Of a DNA stretch of 64,000 nucleotides, positions 39,301 through 54,378 are shown piece by piece; positions within the stretch are counted from its first letter, which is position 1, and every line of letters starts with the position of its first letter. The position numbers were made by a program, and so were the translations under genes. Source of the DNA: the human T2T-CHM13v2.0 reference genome, Homo sapiens; the NCBI RefSeq assembly GCF_009914755.1, contig NC_060945.1, one strand, 5' to 3'. Below the pieces are notes generated by a model. It saw only the letters and a list, made by a program, of their open reading frames with translations, made no database searches and was not told the DNA's origin.

Positions 39301-41976
39301 GTTTCTACAAAAAGAGTGTTTCCAAACTGCTGCATCAAAAGAGAGGTTCCACTCTGTTAGCTGAGTACACACATCACAAACTTGTTTCTCAGAATCCTTC
39401 TGTCTCGTTTTTATGGGAAGATTATACTTTTTCACCGTAGGCATCAAAGCGCTCCAAATGTCCACATCCAGATACTCCAGAAAGAGTGTTTCAAACCTGC
39501 CCTATGAAAGGGAATCTTCAACTCTATGAGTTGAATGCAGACATCAGAAAGAAATTTCTGAGAATGCTGCTGTCTACCTTTTATTTGAATTCCCGCTTCC
39601 AACGAAATCCTCCAAGCTATCCAAATATCCACTTGCAGATTCCACAAAAAGAGTGTTTCAAAACTGCTCTCTATCAATGGCAAAGTTCAACTCTGTTAGT
39701 TGAGGACACATATCACCAACAAGTTTCTGAGAATGCTTCTGTCTATTTTTTATGGGAAGATATTTCCTTTTTCACCGTAGGCGTCAAGGCGATCGAAATG
39801 TCCACTTCCACAAACTACAAAAAGAGTGTTTCAAACCTGCTCTATGAAAGGCCATGTTCATCTCTATGAGTTGAATGGAAATATCCGAAAGAAATTTCTG
39901 GGAATGCTGCTGTCTAGTGTTTATACGAATTCCCGCTTCCAACGAAATCCTCAAAGCAATCCAAATATCCACTTGCAGAATCCACAAAAAGAGTGTTTCA
40001 AAACTGCTCTATCAATAGAAAGGTTCAACTCTTTTAGTTGAGTACACACATCACGAACAAGTTTCTGAGAATGCTTCTGTCTGGCTTTTATTGGAAGACG
40101 TTTCCTTTTCAACAAAGGCATCAAAGCGCTCCAAATGTCCACTTCCAGATTCTTCCAAAAGAGTGTTTCAAACGTGCTCAAAGTAAGGGAATGTTCAACT
40201 CTGTGACTTGAATGCAGATATCACCAAGTAGTTTCTAATAGTGCTTCTGCCTACATTTTAGATGATGATATTCCCTTTTCCAACGAAATCGTTAGAGCTA
40301 TCCAAATATCCAGTTACAGTTTCTACCAAAAGGGTGTTTCCAAATTGCTGCATCAAAAGAAAGGTTCAACTCTGTTAGTTGAGGACACACATCACAAAGA
40401 AGTTTGTGAGAATGCTTCTGTCTAGATTTTGTATGACGATATTCCCTTTTCCAACGATATCGTTAAAGCAATCTAAATATCAATTTGCAGAATCCACAAA
40501 AATAGAGTTTCAAAGCTGCTCTGTAAAAAGAAAGGTTCCACTCTGTTAGCTGAGTACACACATCACAAACTTGTTTCTGAGAATCCTTCTGTCTCGTTTT
40601 TATGGGAAGATATTTACTTTTCCACCGTAGGCATCAAAGCGCTCCAAATGTCCACATCCAGATACTCCAGAACGAGTGTTTCAAACCTGCTCTATGAAAG
40701 GGAATCTTCAACTCTATGAGTTGAATGCAGACATCAGAAAGAAATTTCTGAGAATGCTGCTGTCTACCTTTTATTTGAATTCCCGCTTCCAACGAAATCC
40801 TCCAAGCTATCCAAATATCCACCTGCATTTTCCACAAAAAGAGTGTTTCAAAACTGCTCTATCAATAGAAATGTTCAACTCCTTTGGCTGGGTACACACA
40901 TCACAAACAAGTTTCTGAGAATGCTTCTGTCTAGTTTTTATGGGAAGACATTCCCTTTTTCACCAAAGACATCAAAGCGCTCCAAATGTCCACTTCCAGA
41001 CACTACAAAAAGAGTGTTTCAAACGTGCTCTAAGAAAGCGAATGTTCAACTCTGTGACTTGAATGCAGATATCACAAAGTAGTTTCTGAGAGGGCTTCTG
41101 TCTAGATTTTAGATGATGATATTCCCGTTTCCAACGAAATCATTAGAGCTATCCAAATATCCACTTACAGTTTCTACAAAAAGAGTGTTTCCAAACTGCT
41201 GCATCAAAAGAGAGGTTCCACTCTGTTAGCCGAGTACACACATCACAAACTTGTTTCTCAGAATCCTTCTGTCTCGTTTTTATGGGAAGATATTTACTTT
41301 TTCACCGTAGGCATCAAAGCGCTCCAAATGTCCACATCCAGATACTCCAGAAAGAGTGTTTCAAACCTGCTCTATGAAAGGGAATCTTCAACTCTATGAG
41401 TTGAATGCAGACATCAGAAAGAAATTTCTGAGAATGCTGCTGTCTACCTTTTATTTGAATTCCCGCTTCCAACGAAATCCTCCAAGCTATCCAAATATCC
41501 ACTTGCAGATTCCACAAAAAGAGTGTTTCAAAACTGCTCTCTATCAATGGCAAAGTTCAACTCTGTTAGTTGAGGACACATATCACCAACAAGTTTCTGA
41601 GAATGCTTCTGTCTATTTTTTATGGGAAGATATTTCCTTTTTCACCGTAGGCGTCAAGGCGATCGAAATGTCCACTTCCACAAACTACAAAAAGAGTGTT
41701 TCAAACCTGCTCTATGAAAGGCCATGTTCATCTCTATGAGTTGAATGGAAATATCCGAAAGAAATTTCTGGGAATGCTGCTGTCTAGTGTTTATACGAAT
41801 TCCCGCTTCCAACGAAATCCTCAAAGCAATCCAAATATCCACTTGCAGAATCCACAAAAAGAGTGTTTCAAAACTGCTCTATCAATAGAAAGGTTCAACT
41901 CTTTTAGTTGAGTACACACATCACGAACAAGTTTCTGAGAATGCTTCTGTCTGGCTTTTATTGGAAGACGTTTCCT

Positions 41977-43504
41977 TTTCACCAAAGGCATCAAAGCGCT
42001 CCAAATGTCCACTTCCAGATTCTTCCAAAAGAGTGTTTCAAACGTGCTCAAAGTAAGGGAATGTTCAACTCTGTGACTTGAATGCAGATATCACCAAGTA
42101 GTTTCTAATAGTGCTTCTGTCTACATTTTAGATGATGATATTCCCGTTTCCAACGAAATCGCTAGAGCTATCCAAATATCCAGTTACAGTTTCTACCAAA
42201 AGGGTGTTTCCAAATTGCTGCATCAAAAGAAAGGTTCAACTCTGTTAGTTGAGGACACACATCACAAAGAAGTTTGTGAGAATGCTTCTGTCTAGATTTT
42301 GTATGACGATATTCCCTTTTCCAACGATATCGTTAAAGCAATCTAAATATCAATTTGCAGAATCCACAAAAATAGAGTTTCAAAGCTGCTCTGTAAAAAG
42401 AAAGGTTCCACTCTGTTAGCTGAGTACACACATCACAAACTTGTTTCTCAGAATCCTTCTGTCTCGTTTTTATGGGAAGATACTTACTTTTCCACCGTAG
42501 GCATCAAAGCGCTCCAAATGTCCACATCCAGATACTCCAGAACGAGTGTTTCAAACCTGCTCTATGAAAGGGAATCTTCAACTCTATGAGTTGAATGCAG
42601 ACATCAGAAAGAAATTTCTGAGAATGCTGCTGTCTACCTTTTATTTGAATTCCCGCTTCCAACGAAATCCTCCAAGCTATCCAAATATCCACCTGCATTT
42701 TCCACAACAAGAGTGTTTCAAAACTGCTCTATCAATAGAAATGTTCAACTCCTTTGGCTGGGTACACACATCACAAACAAGTTTCTGAGAATGCTTCTGT
42801 CTAGTTTTTATGGGAAGACGTTCCCTTTTTCACCAAAGGCATCCAAGCGCTCCAAATGTCCACATCCAGATACTCCAGAAAGAGTGTTTCAAACCTGCTC
42901 TATGAAAGGGAATCTTCAACTCTATGAGTTGAATGCAGACATCAGAAAGAAATTTCTGAGAATGCTGCTGTCTACCTTTTATTTGAATTCCCGCTTCCAA
43001 CGAAATCCTCCAAGCTATCCAAATATCCACTTGCAGATTCCACAAAAAGAGTGTTTCAAAACTGCTCTCTATCAATGGCAAAGTTCAACTCTGTTAGTTG
43101 AGGACACATATCACCAACAAGTTTCTGAGAATGCTTCTGTCTATTTTTTATGGGAAGATATTTCCTTTTTCACCATAGGCGTCAAGGCGATCGAAATGTC
43201 CACTTCCACAAACTACAAAAAGAGTGTTTCAAACCTGCTCTATGAAAGGCCATGTTCATCTCTATGAGTTGAATGGAAATATCCGAAAGAAATTTCTGGG
43301 AATGCTGCTGTCTAGTGTTTATACGAATTCCCGCTTCCAACGAAATCCTCAAAGCAATCCAAATATCCACTTGCAGAATCCACAAAAAGAGTGTTTCAAA
43401 ACTGCTCTATCAATAGAAAGGTTCAACTCTTTTAGTTGAGTACACACATCACGAACAAGTTTCTGAGAATGCTTCTGTCTGGCTTTTATTGGAAGACGTT
43501 TCCT
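41977..43504 (-). repeat. 9-mer HOR structural variant, copy 2
   Basis: 1,528 bp spacing; same junction, private C at 42844. Confidence 0.97.
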
Positions 43505-46500
43505 TTTCAACAAAGGCATCAAAGCGCTCCAAATGTCCACTTCCAGATTCTTCCAAAAGAGTGTTTCAAACGTGCTCAAAGTAAGGGAATGTTCAACTCT
43601 GTGACTTGAATGCAGATATCACCAAGTAGTTTCTAATAGTGCTTCTGCCTACATTTTAGATGATGATATTCCCTTTTCCAACGAAATCGTTAGAGCTATC
43701 CAAATATCCAGTTACAGTTTCTACCAAAAGGGTGTTTCCAAATTGCTGCATCAAAAGAAAGGTTCAACTCTGTTAGTTGAGGACACACATCACAAAGAAG
43801 TTTGTGAGAATGCTTCTGTCTAGATTTTGTATGACGATATTCCCTTTTCCAACGATATCGTTAAAGCAATCTAAATATCAATTTGCAGAATCCACAAAAA
43901 TAGAGTTTCAAAGCTGCTCTGTAAAAAGAAAGGTTCCACTCTGTTAGCTGAGTACACACATCACAAACTTGTTTCTGAGAATCCTTCTGTCTCGTTTTTA
44001 TGGGAAGATATTTACTTTTCCACCGTAGGCATCAAAGCGCTCCAAATGTCCACATCCAGATACTCCAGAACGAGTGTTTCAAACCTGCTCTATGAAAGGG
44101 AATCTTCAACTCTATGAGTTGAATGCAGACATCAGAAAGAAATTTCTGAGAATGCTGCTGTCTACCTTTTATTTGAATTCCCGCTTCCAACGAAATCCTC
44201 CAAGCTATCCAAATATCCACCTGCATTTTCCACAAAAAGAGTGTTTCAAAACTGCTCTATCAATAGAAATGTTCAACTCCTTTGGCTGGGTACACACATC
44301 ACAAACAAGTTTCTGAGAATGCTTCTGTCTAGTTTTTATGGGAAGACATTCCCTTTTTCACCAAAGACATCAAAGCGCTCCAAATGTCCACTTCCAGACA
44401 CTACAAAAAGAGTGTTTCAAACGTGCTCTAAGAAAGCGAATGTTCAACTCTGTGACTTGAATGCAGATATCACAAAGTAGTTTCTGAGAGGGCTTCTGTC
44501 TAGATTTTAGATGATGATATTCCCGTTTCCAACGAAATCATTAGAGCTATCCAAATATCCACTTACAGTTTCTACAAAAAGAGTGTTTCCAAACTGCTGC
44601 ATCAAAAGAGAGGTTCCACTCTGTTAGCTGAGTACACACATCACAAACTTGTTTCTCAGAATCCTTCTGTCTCGTTTTTATGGGAAGATATTTACTTTTT
44701 CACCGTAGGCATCAAAGCGCTCCAAATGTCCACATCCAGATACTCCAGAAAGAGTGTTTCAAACCTGCTCTATGAAAGGGAATCTTCAACTCTATGAGTT
44801 GAATGCAGACATCAGAAAGAAATTTCTGAGAATGCTGCTGTCTACCTTTTATTTGAATTCCCGCTTCCAACGAAATCCTCCAAGCTATCCAAATATCCAC
44901 TTGCAGATTCCACAAAAAGAGTGTTTCAAAACTGCTCTCTATCAATGGCAAAGTTCAACTCTGTTAGTTGAGGACACATATCACCAACAAGTTTCTGAGA
45001 ATGCTTCTGTCTATTTTTTATGGGAAGATATTTCCTTTTTCACCGTAGGCGTCAAGGCGATCGAAATGTCCACTTCCACAAACTACAAAAAGAGTGTTTC
45101 AAACCTGCTCTATGAAAGGCCATGTTCATCTCTATGAGTTGAATGGAAATATCCGAAAGAAATTTCTGGGAATGCTGCTGTCTAGTGTTTATACGAATTC
45201 CCGCTTCCAACGTAATCCTCAAAGCAATCCAAATATCCACTTGCAGAATCCACAAAAAGAGTGTTTCAAAACTGCTCTATCAATAGAAAGGTTCAACTCT
45301 TTTAGTTGAGTACACACATCACGAACAAGTTTCTGAGAATGCTTCTGTCTGGCTTTTATTGGAAGACGTTTCCTTTTCACCAAAGGCATCAAAGCGCTCC
45401 AAATGTCCACTTCCAGATTCTTCCAAAAGAGTGTTTCAAACGTGCTCAAAGTAAGGGAATGTTCAACTCTGTGACTTGAATGCAGATATCACCAAGTAGT
45501 TTCTAATAGTGCTTCTGTCTACATTTTAGATGATGATATTCCCGTTTCCAACGAAATCGCTAGAGCTATCCAAATATCCAGTTACAGTTTCTACCAAAAG
45601 GGTGTTTCCAAATTGCTGCATCAAAAGAAAGGTTCAACTCTGTTAGTTGAGGACACACATCACAAAGAAGTTTGTGAGAATGCTTCTGTCTAGGTTTTGT
45701 ATGACGATATTCCCTTTTCCAACGATATCGTTAAAGCAATCTAAATATCAATTTGCAGAATCCACAAAAATAGAGTTTCAAAGCTGCTCTGTAAAAAGAA
45801 AGGTTCCACTCTGTTAGCTGAGTACACACATCACAAACTTGTTTCTGAGAATCCTTCTGTCTCGTTTTTATGGGAAGATACTTACTTTTCCACCGTAGGC
45901 ATCAAAGCGCTCCAAATGTCCACATCCAGATACTCCAGAACGAGTGTTTCAAACCTGCTCTATGAAAGGGAATCTTCAACTCTATGAGTTGAATGCAGAC
46001 ATCAGAAAGAAATTTCTGAGAATGCTGCTGTCTACCTTTTATTTGAATTCCCGCTTCCAACGAAATCCTCCAAGCTATCCAAATATCCACCTGCATTTTC
46101 CACAACAAGAGTGTTTCAAAACTGCTCTATCAATAGAAATGTTCAACTCCTTTGGCTGGGTACACACATCACAAACAAGTTTCTGAGAATGCTTCTGTCT
46201 AGTTTTTATGGGAAGACGTTCCCTTTTTCACCAAAGGCATCAAAGCGCTCCAAATGTCCACTTCCAGACACTACAAAAAGAGTGTTTCAAACGTGCTCTA
46301 AGAAAGCGAATGTTCAACTCTGTGACTTGAATGCACATATCACAAAGTAGTTCCTGAGAGGGCTTCTGTCTAGATTTTAGATGATGATATTCCCGTTTCC
46401 AACAAAATCATTAGAGCTTCCAAATATCCACTTACAGTTTCTACAAAAAGAGTGTTTCCAAACTGCTGCATCAAAAGAGAGGTTCCACTCTGTTAGCTGA

Positions 46501-49112
46501 GTACACACATCACAAACTTGTTTCTCAGAATCCTTCTGTCTCGTTTTTATGGGAAGATTATACTTTTTCACCGTAGGCATCAAAGCGCTCCAAATGTCCA
46601 CATCCAGATACTCCAGAAAGAGTGTTTCAAACCTGCCCTATGAAAGGGAATCTTCAACTCTATGAGTTGAATGCAGACATCAGAAAGAAATTTCTGAGAA
46701 TGCTGCTGTCTACCTTTTATTTGAATTCCCGCTTCCAACGAAATCCTCCAAGCTATCCAAATATCCACTTGCAGATTCCACAAAAAGAGTGTTTCAAAAC
46801 TGCTCTCTATCAATGGCAAAGTTCAACTCTGTTAGTTGAGGACACATATCACCAACAAGTTTCTGAGAATGCTTCTGTCTATTTTTTATGGGAAGATATT
46901 TCCTTTTTCACCGTAGGCGTCAAGGCGATCGAAATGTCCACTTCCACAAACTACAAAAAGAGTGTTTCAAACCTGCTCTATGAAAGGCCATGTTCATCTC
47001 TATGAGTTGAATGGAAATATCCGAAAGAAATTTCTGGGAATGCTGCTGTCTAGTGTTTATACGAATTCCCGCTTCCAACGAAATCCTCAAAGCAATCCAA
47101 ATATCCACTTGCAGAATCCACAAAAAGAGTGTTTCAAAACTGCTCTATCAATAGAAAGGTTCAACTCTTTTAGTTGAGTACACACATCACGAACAAGTTT
47201 CTGAGAATGCTTCTGTCTGGCTTTTATTGGAAGACGTTTCCTTTTCACCAAAGGCATCAAAGCGCTCCAAATGTCCACTTCCAGATTCTTCCAAAAGAGT
47301 GTTTCAAACGTGCTCAAAGTAAGGGAATGTTCAACTCTGTGACTTGAATGCAGATATCACCAAGTAGTTTCTAATAGTGCTTCTGCCTACATTTTAGATG
47401 ATGATATTCCCTTTTCCAACGAAATCGTTAGAGCTATCCAAATATCCAGTTACAGTTTCTACCAAAAGGGTGTTTCCAAATTGCTGCATCAAAAGAAAGG
47501 TTCAACTCTGTTAGTTGAGGACACACATCACAAAGAAGTTTGTGAGAATGCTTCTGTCTAGATTTTGTATGACGATATTCCCTTTTCCAACGATATCGTT
47601 AAAGCAATCTAAATATCAATTTGCAGAATCCACAAAAATAGAGTTTCAAAGCTGCTCTGTAAAAAGAAAGGTTCCACTCTGTTAGCTGAGTACACACATC
47701 ACAAACTTGTTTCTGAGAATCCTTCTGTCTCGTTTTTATGGGAAGATATTTACTTTTCCACCGTAGGCATCAAAGCGCTCCAAATGTCCACATCCAGATA
47801 CTCCAGAACGAGTGTTTCAAACCTGCTCTATGAAAGGGAATCTTCAACTCTATGAGTTGAATGCAGACATCAGAAAGAAATTTCTGAGAATGCTGCTGTC
47901 TACCTTTTATTTGAATTCCCGCTTCCAACGAAATCCTCCAAGCTATCCAAATATCCACCTGCATTTTCCACAAAAAGAGTGTTTCAAAACTGCTCTATCA
48001 ATAGAAATGTTCAACTCCTTTGGCTGGGTACACACATCACAAACAAGTTTCTGAGAATGCTTCTGTCTAGTTTTTATGGGAAGACATTCCCTTTTTCACC
48101 AAAGACATCAAAGCGCTCCAAATGTCCACTTCCAGACACTACAAAAAGAGTGTTTCAAACGTGCTCTAAGAAAGCGAATGTTCAACTCTGTGACTTGAAT
48201 GCAGATATCACAAAGTAGTTTCTGAGAGGGCTTCTGTCTAGATTTTAGATGATGATATTCCCGTTTCCAACGAAATCATTAGAGCTATCCAAATATCCAC
48301 TTACAGTTTCTACAAAAAGAGTGTTTCCAAACTGCTGCATCAAAAGAGAGGTTCCACTCTGTTAGCCGAGTACACACATCACAAACTTGTTTCTCAGAAT
48401 CCTTCTGTCTCGTTTTTATGGGAAGATATTTACTTTTTCACCGTAGGCATCAAAGCGCTCCAAATGTCCACATCCAGATACTCCAGAAAGAGTGTTTCAA
48501 ACCTGCTCTATGAAAGGGAATCTTCAACTCTATGAGTTGAATGCAGACATCAGAAAGAAATTTCTGAGAATGCTGCTGTCTACCTTTTATTTGAATTCCC
48601 GCTTCCAACGAAATCCTCCAAGCTATCCAAATATCCACTTGCAGATTCCACAAAAAGAGTGTTTCAAAACTGCTCTCTATCAATGGCAAAGTTCAACTCT
48701 GTTAGTTGAGGACACATATCACCAACAAGTTTCTGAGAATGCTTCTGTCTATTTTTTATGGGAAGATATTTCCTTTTTCACCGTAGGCGTCAAGGCGATC
48801 GAAATGTCCACTTCCACAAACTACAAAAAGAGTGTTTCAAACCTGCTCTATGAAAGGCCATGTTCATCTCTATGAGTTGAATGGAAATATCCGAAAGAAA
48901 TTTCTGGGAATGCTGCTGTCTAGTGTTTATACGAATTCCCGCTTCCAACGTAATCCTCAAAGCAATCCAAATATCCACTTGCAGAATCCACAAAAAGAGT
49001 GTTTCAAAACTGCTCTATCAATAGAAAGGTTCAACTCTTTTAGTTGAGTACACACATCACGAACAAGTTTCTGAGAATGCTTCTGTCTGGCTTTTATTGG
49101 AAGACGTTTCCT

Positions 49113-50640
49113 TTTCACCAAAGGCATCAAAGCGCTCCAAATGTCCACTTCCAGATTCTTCCAAAAGAGTGTTTCAAACGTGCTCAAAGTAAGGGAATGT
49201 TCAACTCTGTGACTTGAATGCAGATATCACCAAGTAGTTTCTAATAGTGCTTCTGTCTACATTTTAGATGATGATATTCCCGTTTCCAACGAAATCGCTA
49301 GAGCTATCCAAATATCCAGTTACAGTTTCTACCAAAAGGGTGTTTCCAAATTGCTGCATCAAAAGAAAGGTTCAACTCTGTTAGTTGAGGACACACATCA
49401 CAAAGAAGTTTGTGAGAATGCTTCTGTCTAGATTTTGTATGACGATATTCCCTTTTCCAACGATATCGTTAAAGCAATCTAAATATCAATTTGCAGAATC
49501 CACAAAAATAGAGTTTCAAAGCTGCTCTGTAAAAAGAAAGGTTCCACTCTGTTAGCTGAGTACACACATCACAAACTTGTTTCTCAGAATCCTTCTGTCT
49601 CGTTTTTATGGGAAGATACTTACTTTTCCACCGTAGGCATCAAAGCGCTCCAAATGTCCACATCCAGATACTCCAGAACGAGTGTTTCAAACCTGCTCTA
49701 TGAAAGGGAATCTTCAACTCTATGAGTTGAATGCAGACATCAGAAAGAAATTTCTGAGAATGCTGCTGTCTACCTTTTATTTGAATTCCCGCTTCCAACG
49801 AAATCCTCCAAGCTATCCAAATATCCACCTGCATTTTCCACAACAAGAGTGTTTCAAAACTGCTCTATCAATAGAAATGTTCAACTCCTTTGGCTGGGTA
49901 CACACATCACAAACAAGTTTCTGAGAATGCTTCTGTCTAGTTTTTATGGGAAGACGTTCCCTTTTTCACCAAAGGCATCCAAGCGCTCCAAATGTCCACA
50001 TCCAGATACTCCAGAAAGAGTGTTTCAAACCTGCTCTATGAAAGGGAATCTTCAACTCTATGAGTTGAATGCAGACATCAGAAAGAAATTTCTGAGAATG
50101 CTGCTGTCTACCTTTTATTTGAATTCCCGCTTCCAACGAAATCCTCCAAGCTATCCAAATATCCACTTGCAGATTCCACAAAAAGAGTGTTTCAAAACTG
50201 CTCTCTATCAATGGCAAAGTTCAACTCTGTTAGTTGAGGACACATATCACCAACAAGTTTCTGAGAATGCTTCTGTCTATTTTTTATGGGAAGATATTTC
50301 CTTTTTCACCATAGGCGTCAAGGCGATCGAAATGTCCACTTCCACAAACTACAAAAAGAGTGTTTCAAACCTGCTCTATGAAAGGCCATGTTCATCTCTA
50401 TGAGTTGAATGGAAATATCCGAAAGAAATTTCTGGGAATGCTGCTGTCTAGTGTTTATACGAATTCCCGCTTCCAACGAAATCCTCAAAGCAATCCAAAT
50501 ATCCACTTGCAGAATCCACAAAAAGAGTGTTTCAAAACTGCTCTATCAATAGAAAGGTTCAACTCTTTTAGTTGAGTACACACATCACGAACAAGTTTCT
50601 GAGAATGCTTCTGTCTGGCTTTTATTGGAAGACGTTTCCT
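49113..50640 (-). repeat. 9-mer HOR structural variant, copy 3
   Basis: 1,528 bp spacing; same junction, private C at 49980. Confidence 0.97.
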
Positions 50641-53600
50641 TTTCAACAAAGGCATCAAAGCGCTCCAAATGTCCACTTCCAGATTCTTCCAAAAGAGTGT
50701 TTCAAACGTGCTCAAAGTAAGGGAATGTTCAACTCTGTGACTTGAATGCAGATATCACCAAGTAGTTTCTAATAGTGCTTCTGCCTACATTTTAGATGAT
50801 GATATTCCCTTTTCCAACGAAATCGTTAGAGCTATCCAAATATCCAGTTACAGTTTCTACCAAAAGGGTGTTTCCAAATTGCTGCATCAAAAGAAAGGTT
50901 CAACTCTGTTAGTTGAGGACACACATCACAAAGAAGTTTGTGAGAATGCTTCTGTCTAGATTTTGTATGACGATATTCCCTTTTCCAACGATATCGTTAA
51001 AGCAATCTAAATATCAATTTGCAGAATCCACAAAAATAGAGTTTCAAAGCTGCTCTGTAAAAAGAAAGGTTCCACTCTGTTAGCTGAGTACACACATCAC
51101 AAACTTGTTTCTGAGAATCCTTCTGTCTCGTTTTTATGGGAAGATATTTACTTTTCCACCGTAGGCATCAAAGCGCTCCAAATGTCCACATCCAGATACT
51201 CCAGAACGAGTGTTTCAAACCTGCTCTATGAAAGGGAATCTTCAACTCTATGAGTTGAATGCAGACATCAGAAAGAAATTTCTGAGAATGCTGCTGTCTA
51301 CCTTTTATTTGAATTCCCGCTTCCAACGAAATCCTCCAAGCTATCCAAATATCCACCTGCATTTTCCACAAAAAGAGTGTTTCAAAACTGCTCTATCAAT
51401 AGAAATGTTCAACTCCTTTGGCTGGGTACACACATCACAAACAAGTTTCTGAGAATGCTTCTGTCTAGTTTTTATGGGAAGACATTCCCTTTTTCACCAA
51501 AGACATCAAAGCGCTCCAAATGTCCACTTCCAGACACTACAAAAAGAGTGTTTCAAACGTGCTCTAAGAAAGCGAATGTTCAACTCTGTGACTTGAATGC
51601 ACATATCACAAAGTAGTTTCTGAGAGGGCTTCTGTCTAGATTTTAGATGATGATATTCCCGTTTCCAACAAAATCATTAGAGCTTCCAAATATCCACTTA
51701 CAGTTTCTACAAAAAGAGTGTTTCCAAACTGCTGCATCAAAAGAGAGGTTCCACTCTGTTAGCTGAGTACACACATCACAAACTTGTTTCTCAGAATCCT
51801 TCTGTCTCGTTTTTATGGGAAGATTATACTTTTTCACCGTAGGCATCAAAGCGCTCCAAATGTCCACATCCAGATACTCCAGAAAGAGTGTTTCAAACCT
51901 GCCCTATGAAAGGGAATCTTCAACTCTATGAGTTGAATGCAGACATCAGAAAGAAATTTCTGAGAATGCTGCTGTCTACCTTTTATTTGAATTCCCGCTT
52001 CCAACGAAATCCTCCAAGCTATCCAAATATCCACTTGCAGATTCCACAAAAAGAGTGTTTCAAAACTGCTCTCTATCAATGGCAAAGTTCAACTCTGTTA
52101 GTTGAGGACACATATCACCAACAAGTTTCTGAGAATGCTTCTGTCTATTTTTTATGGGAAGATATTTCCTTTTTCACCGTAGGCGTCAAGGCGATCGAAA
52201 TGTCCACTTCCACAAACTACAAAAAGAGTGTTTCAAACCTGCTCTATGAAAGGCCATGTTCATCTCTATGAGTTGAATGGAAATATCCGAAAGAAATTTC
52301 TGGGAATGCTGCTGTCTAGTGTTTATACGAATTCCCGCTTCCAACGAAATCCTCAAAGCAATCCAAATATCCACTTGCAGAATCCACAAAAAGAGTGTTT
52401 CAAAACTGCTCTATCAATAGAAAGGTTCAACTCTTTTAGTTGAGTACACACATCACGAACAAGTTTCTGAGAATGCTTCTGTCTGGCTTTTATTGGAAGA
52501 CGTTTCCTTTTCAACAAAGGCATCAAAGCGCTCCAAATGTCCACTTCCAGATTCTTCCAAAAGAGTGTTTCAAACGTGCTCAAAGTAAGGGAATGTTCAA
52601 CTCTGTGACTTGAATGCAGATATCACCAAGTAGTTTCTAATAGTGCTTCTGCCTACATTTTAGATGATGATATTCCCTTTTCCAACGAAATCGTTAGAGC
52701 TATCCAAATATCCAGTTACAGTTTCTACCAAAAGGGTGTTTCCAAATTGCTGCATCAAAAGAAAGGTTCAACTCTGTTAGTTGAGGACACACATCACAAA
52801 GAAGTTTGTGAGAATGCTTCTGTCTAGATTTTGTATGACGATATTCCCTTTTCCAACGATATCGTTAAAGCAATCTAAATATCAATTTGCAGAATCCACA
52901 AAAATAGAGTTTCAAAGCTGCTCTGTAAAAAGAAAGGTTCCACTCTGTTAGCTGAGTACACACATCACAAACTTGTTTCTGAGAATCCTTCTGTCTCGTT
53001 TTTATGGGAAGATATTTACTTTTCCACCGTAGGCATCAAAGCGCTCCAAATGTCCACATCCAGATACTCCAGAACGAGTGTTTCAAACCTGCTCTATGAA
53101 AGGGAATCTTCAACTCTATGAGTTGAATGCAGACATCAGAAAGAAATTTCTGAGAATGCTGCTGTCTACCTTTTATTTGAATTCCCGCTTCCAACGAAAT
53201 CCTCCAAGCTATCCAAATATCCACCTGCATTTTCCACAAAAAGAGTGTTTCAAAACTGCTCTATCAATAGAAATGTTCAACTCCTTTGGCTGGGTACACA
53301 CATCACAAACAAGTTTCTGAGAATGCTTCTGTCTAGTTTTTATGGGAAGACATTCCCTTTTTCACCAAAGACATCAAAGCGCTCCAAATGTCCACTTCCA
53401 GACACTACAAAAAGAGTGTTTCAAACGTGCTCTAAGAAAGCGAATGTTCAACTCTGTGACTTGAATGCAGATATCACAAAGTAGTTTCTGAGAGGGCTTC
53501 TGTCTAGATTTTAGATGATGATATTCCCGTTTCCAACGAAATCATTAGAGCTATCCAAATATCCACTTACAGTTTCTACAAAAAGAGTGTTTCCAAACTG

Positions 53601-54378
53601 CTGCATCAAAAGAGAGGTTCCACTCTGTTAGCCGAGTACACACATCACAAACTTGTTTCTCAGAATCCTTCTGTCTCGTTTTTATGGGAAGATATTTACT
53701 TTTTCACCGTAGGCATCAAAGCGCTCCAAATGTCCACATCCAGATACTCCAGAAAGAGTGTTTCAAACCTGCTCTATGAAAGGGAATCTTCAACTCTATG
53801 AGTTGAATGCAGACATCAGAAAGAAATTTCTGAGAATGCTGCTGTCTACCTTTTATTTGAATTCCCGCTTCCAACGAAATCCTCCAAGCTATCCAAATAT
53901 CCACTTGCAGATTCCACAAAAAGAGTGTTTCAAAACTGCTCTCTATCAATGGCAAAGTTCAACTCTGTTAGTTGAGGACACATATCACCAACAAGTTTCT
54001 GAGAATGCTTCTGTCTATTTTTTATGGGAAGATATTTCCTTTTTCACCGTAGGCGTCAAGGCGATCGAAATGTCCACTTCCACAAACTACAAAAAGAGTG
54101 TTTCAAACCTGCTCTATGAAAGGCCATGTTCATCTCTATGAGTTGAATGGAAATATCCGAAAGAAATTTCTGGGAATGCTGCTGTCTAGTGTTTATACGA
54201 ATTCCCGCTTCCAACGAAATCCTCAAAGCAATCCAAATATCCACTTGCAGAATCCACAAAAAGAGTGTTTCAAAACTGCTCTATCAATAGAAAGGTTCAA
54301 CTCTTTTAGTTGAGTACACACATCACGAACAAGTTTCTGAGAATGCTTCTGTCTGGCTTTTATTGGAAGACGTTTCCT

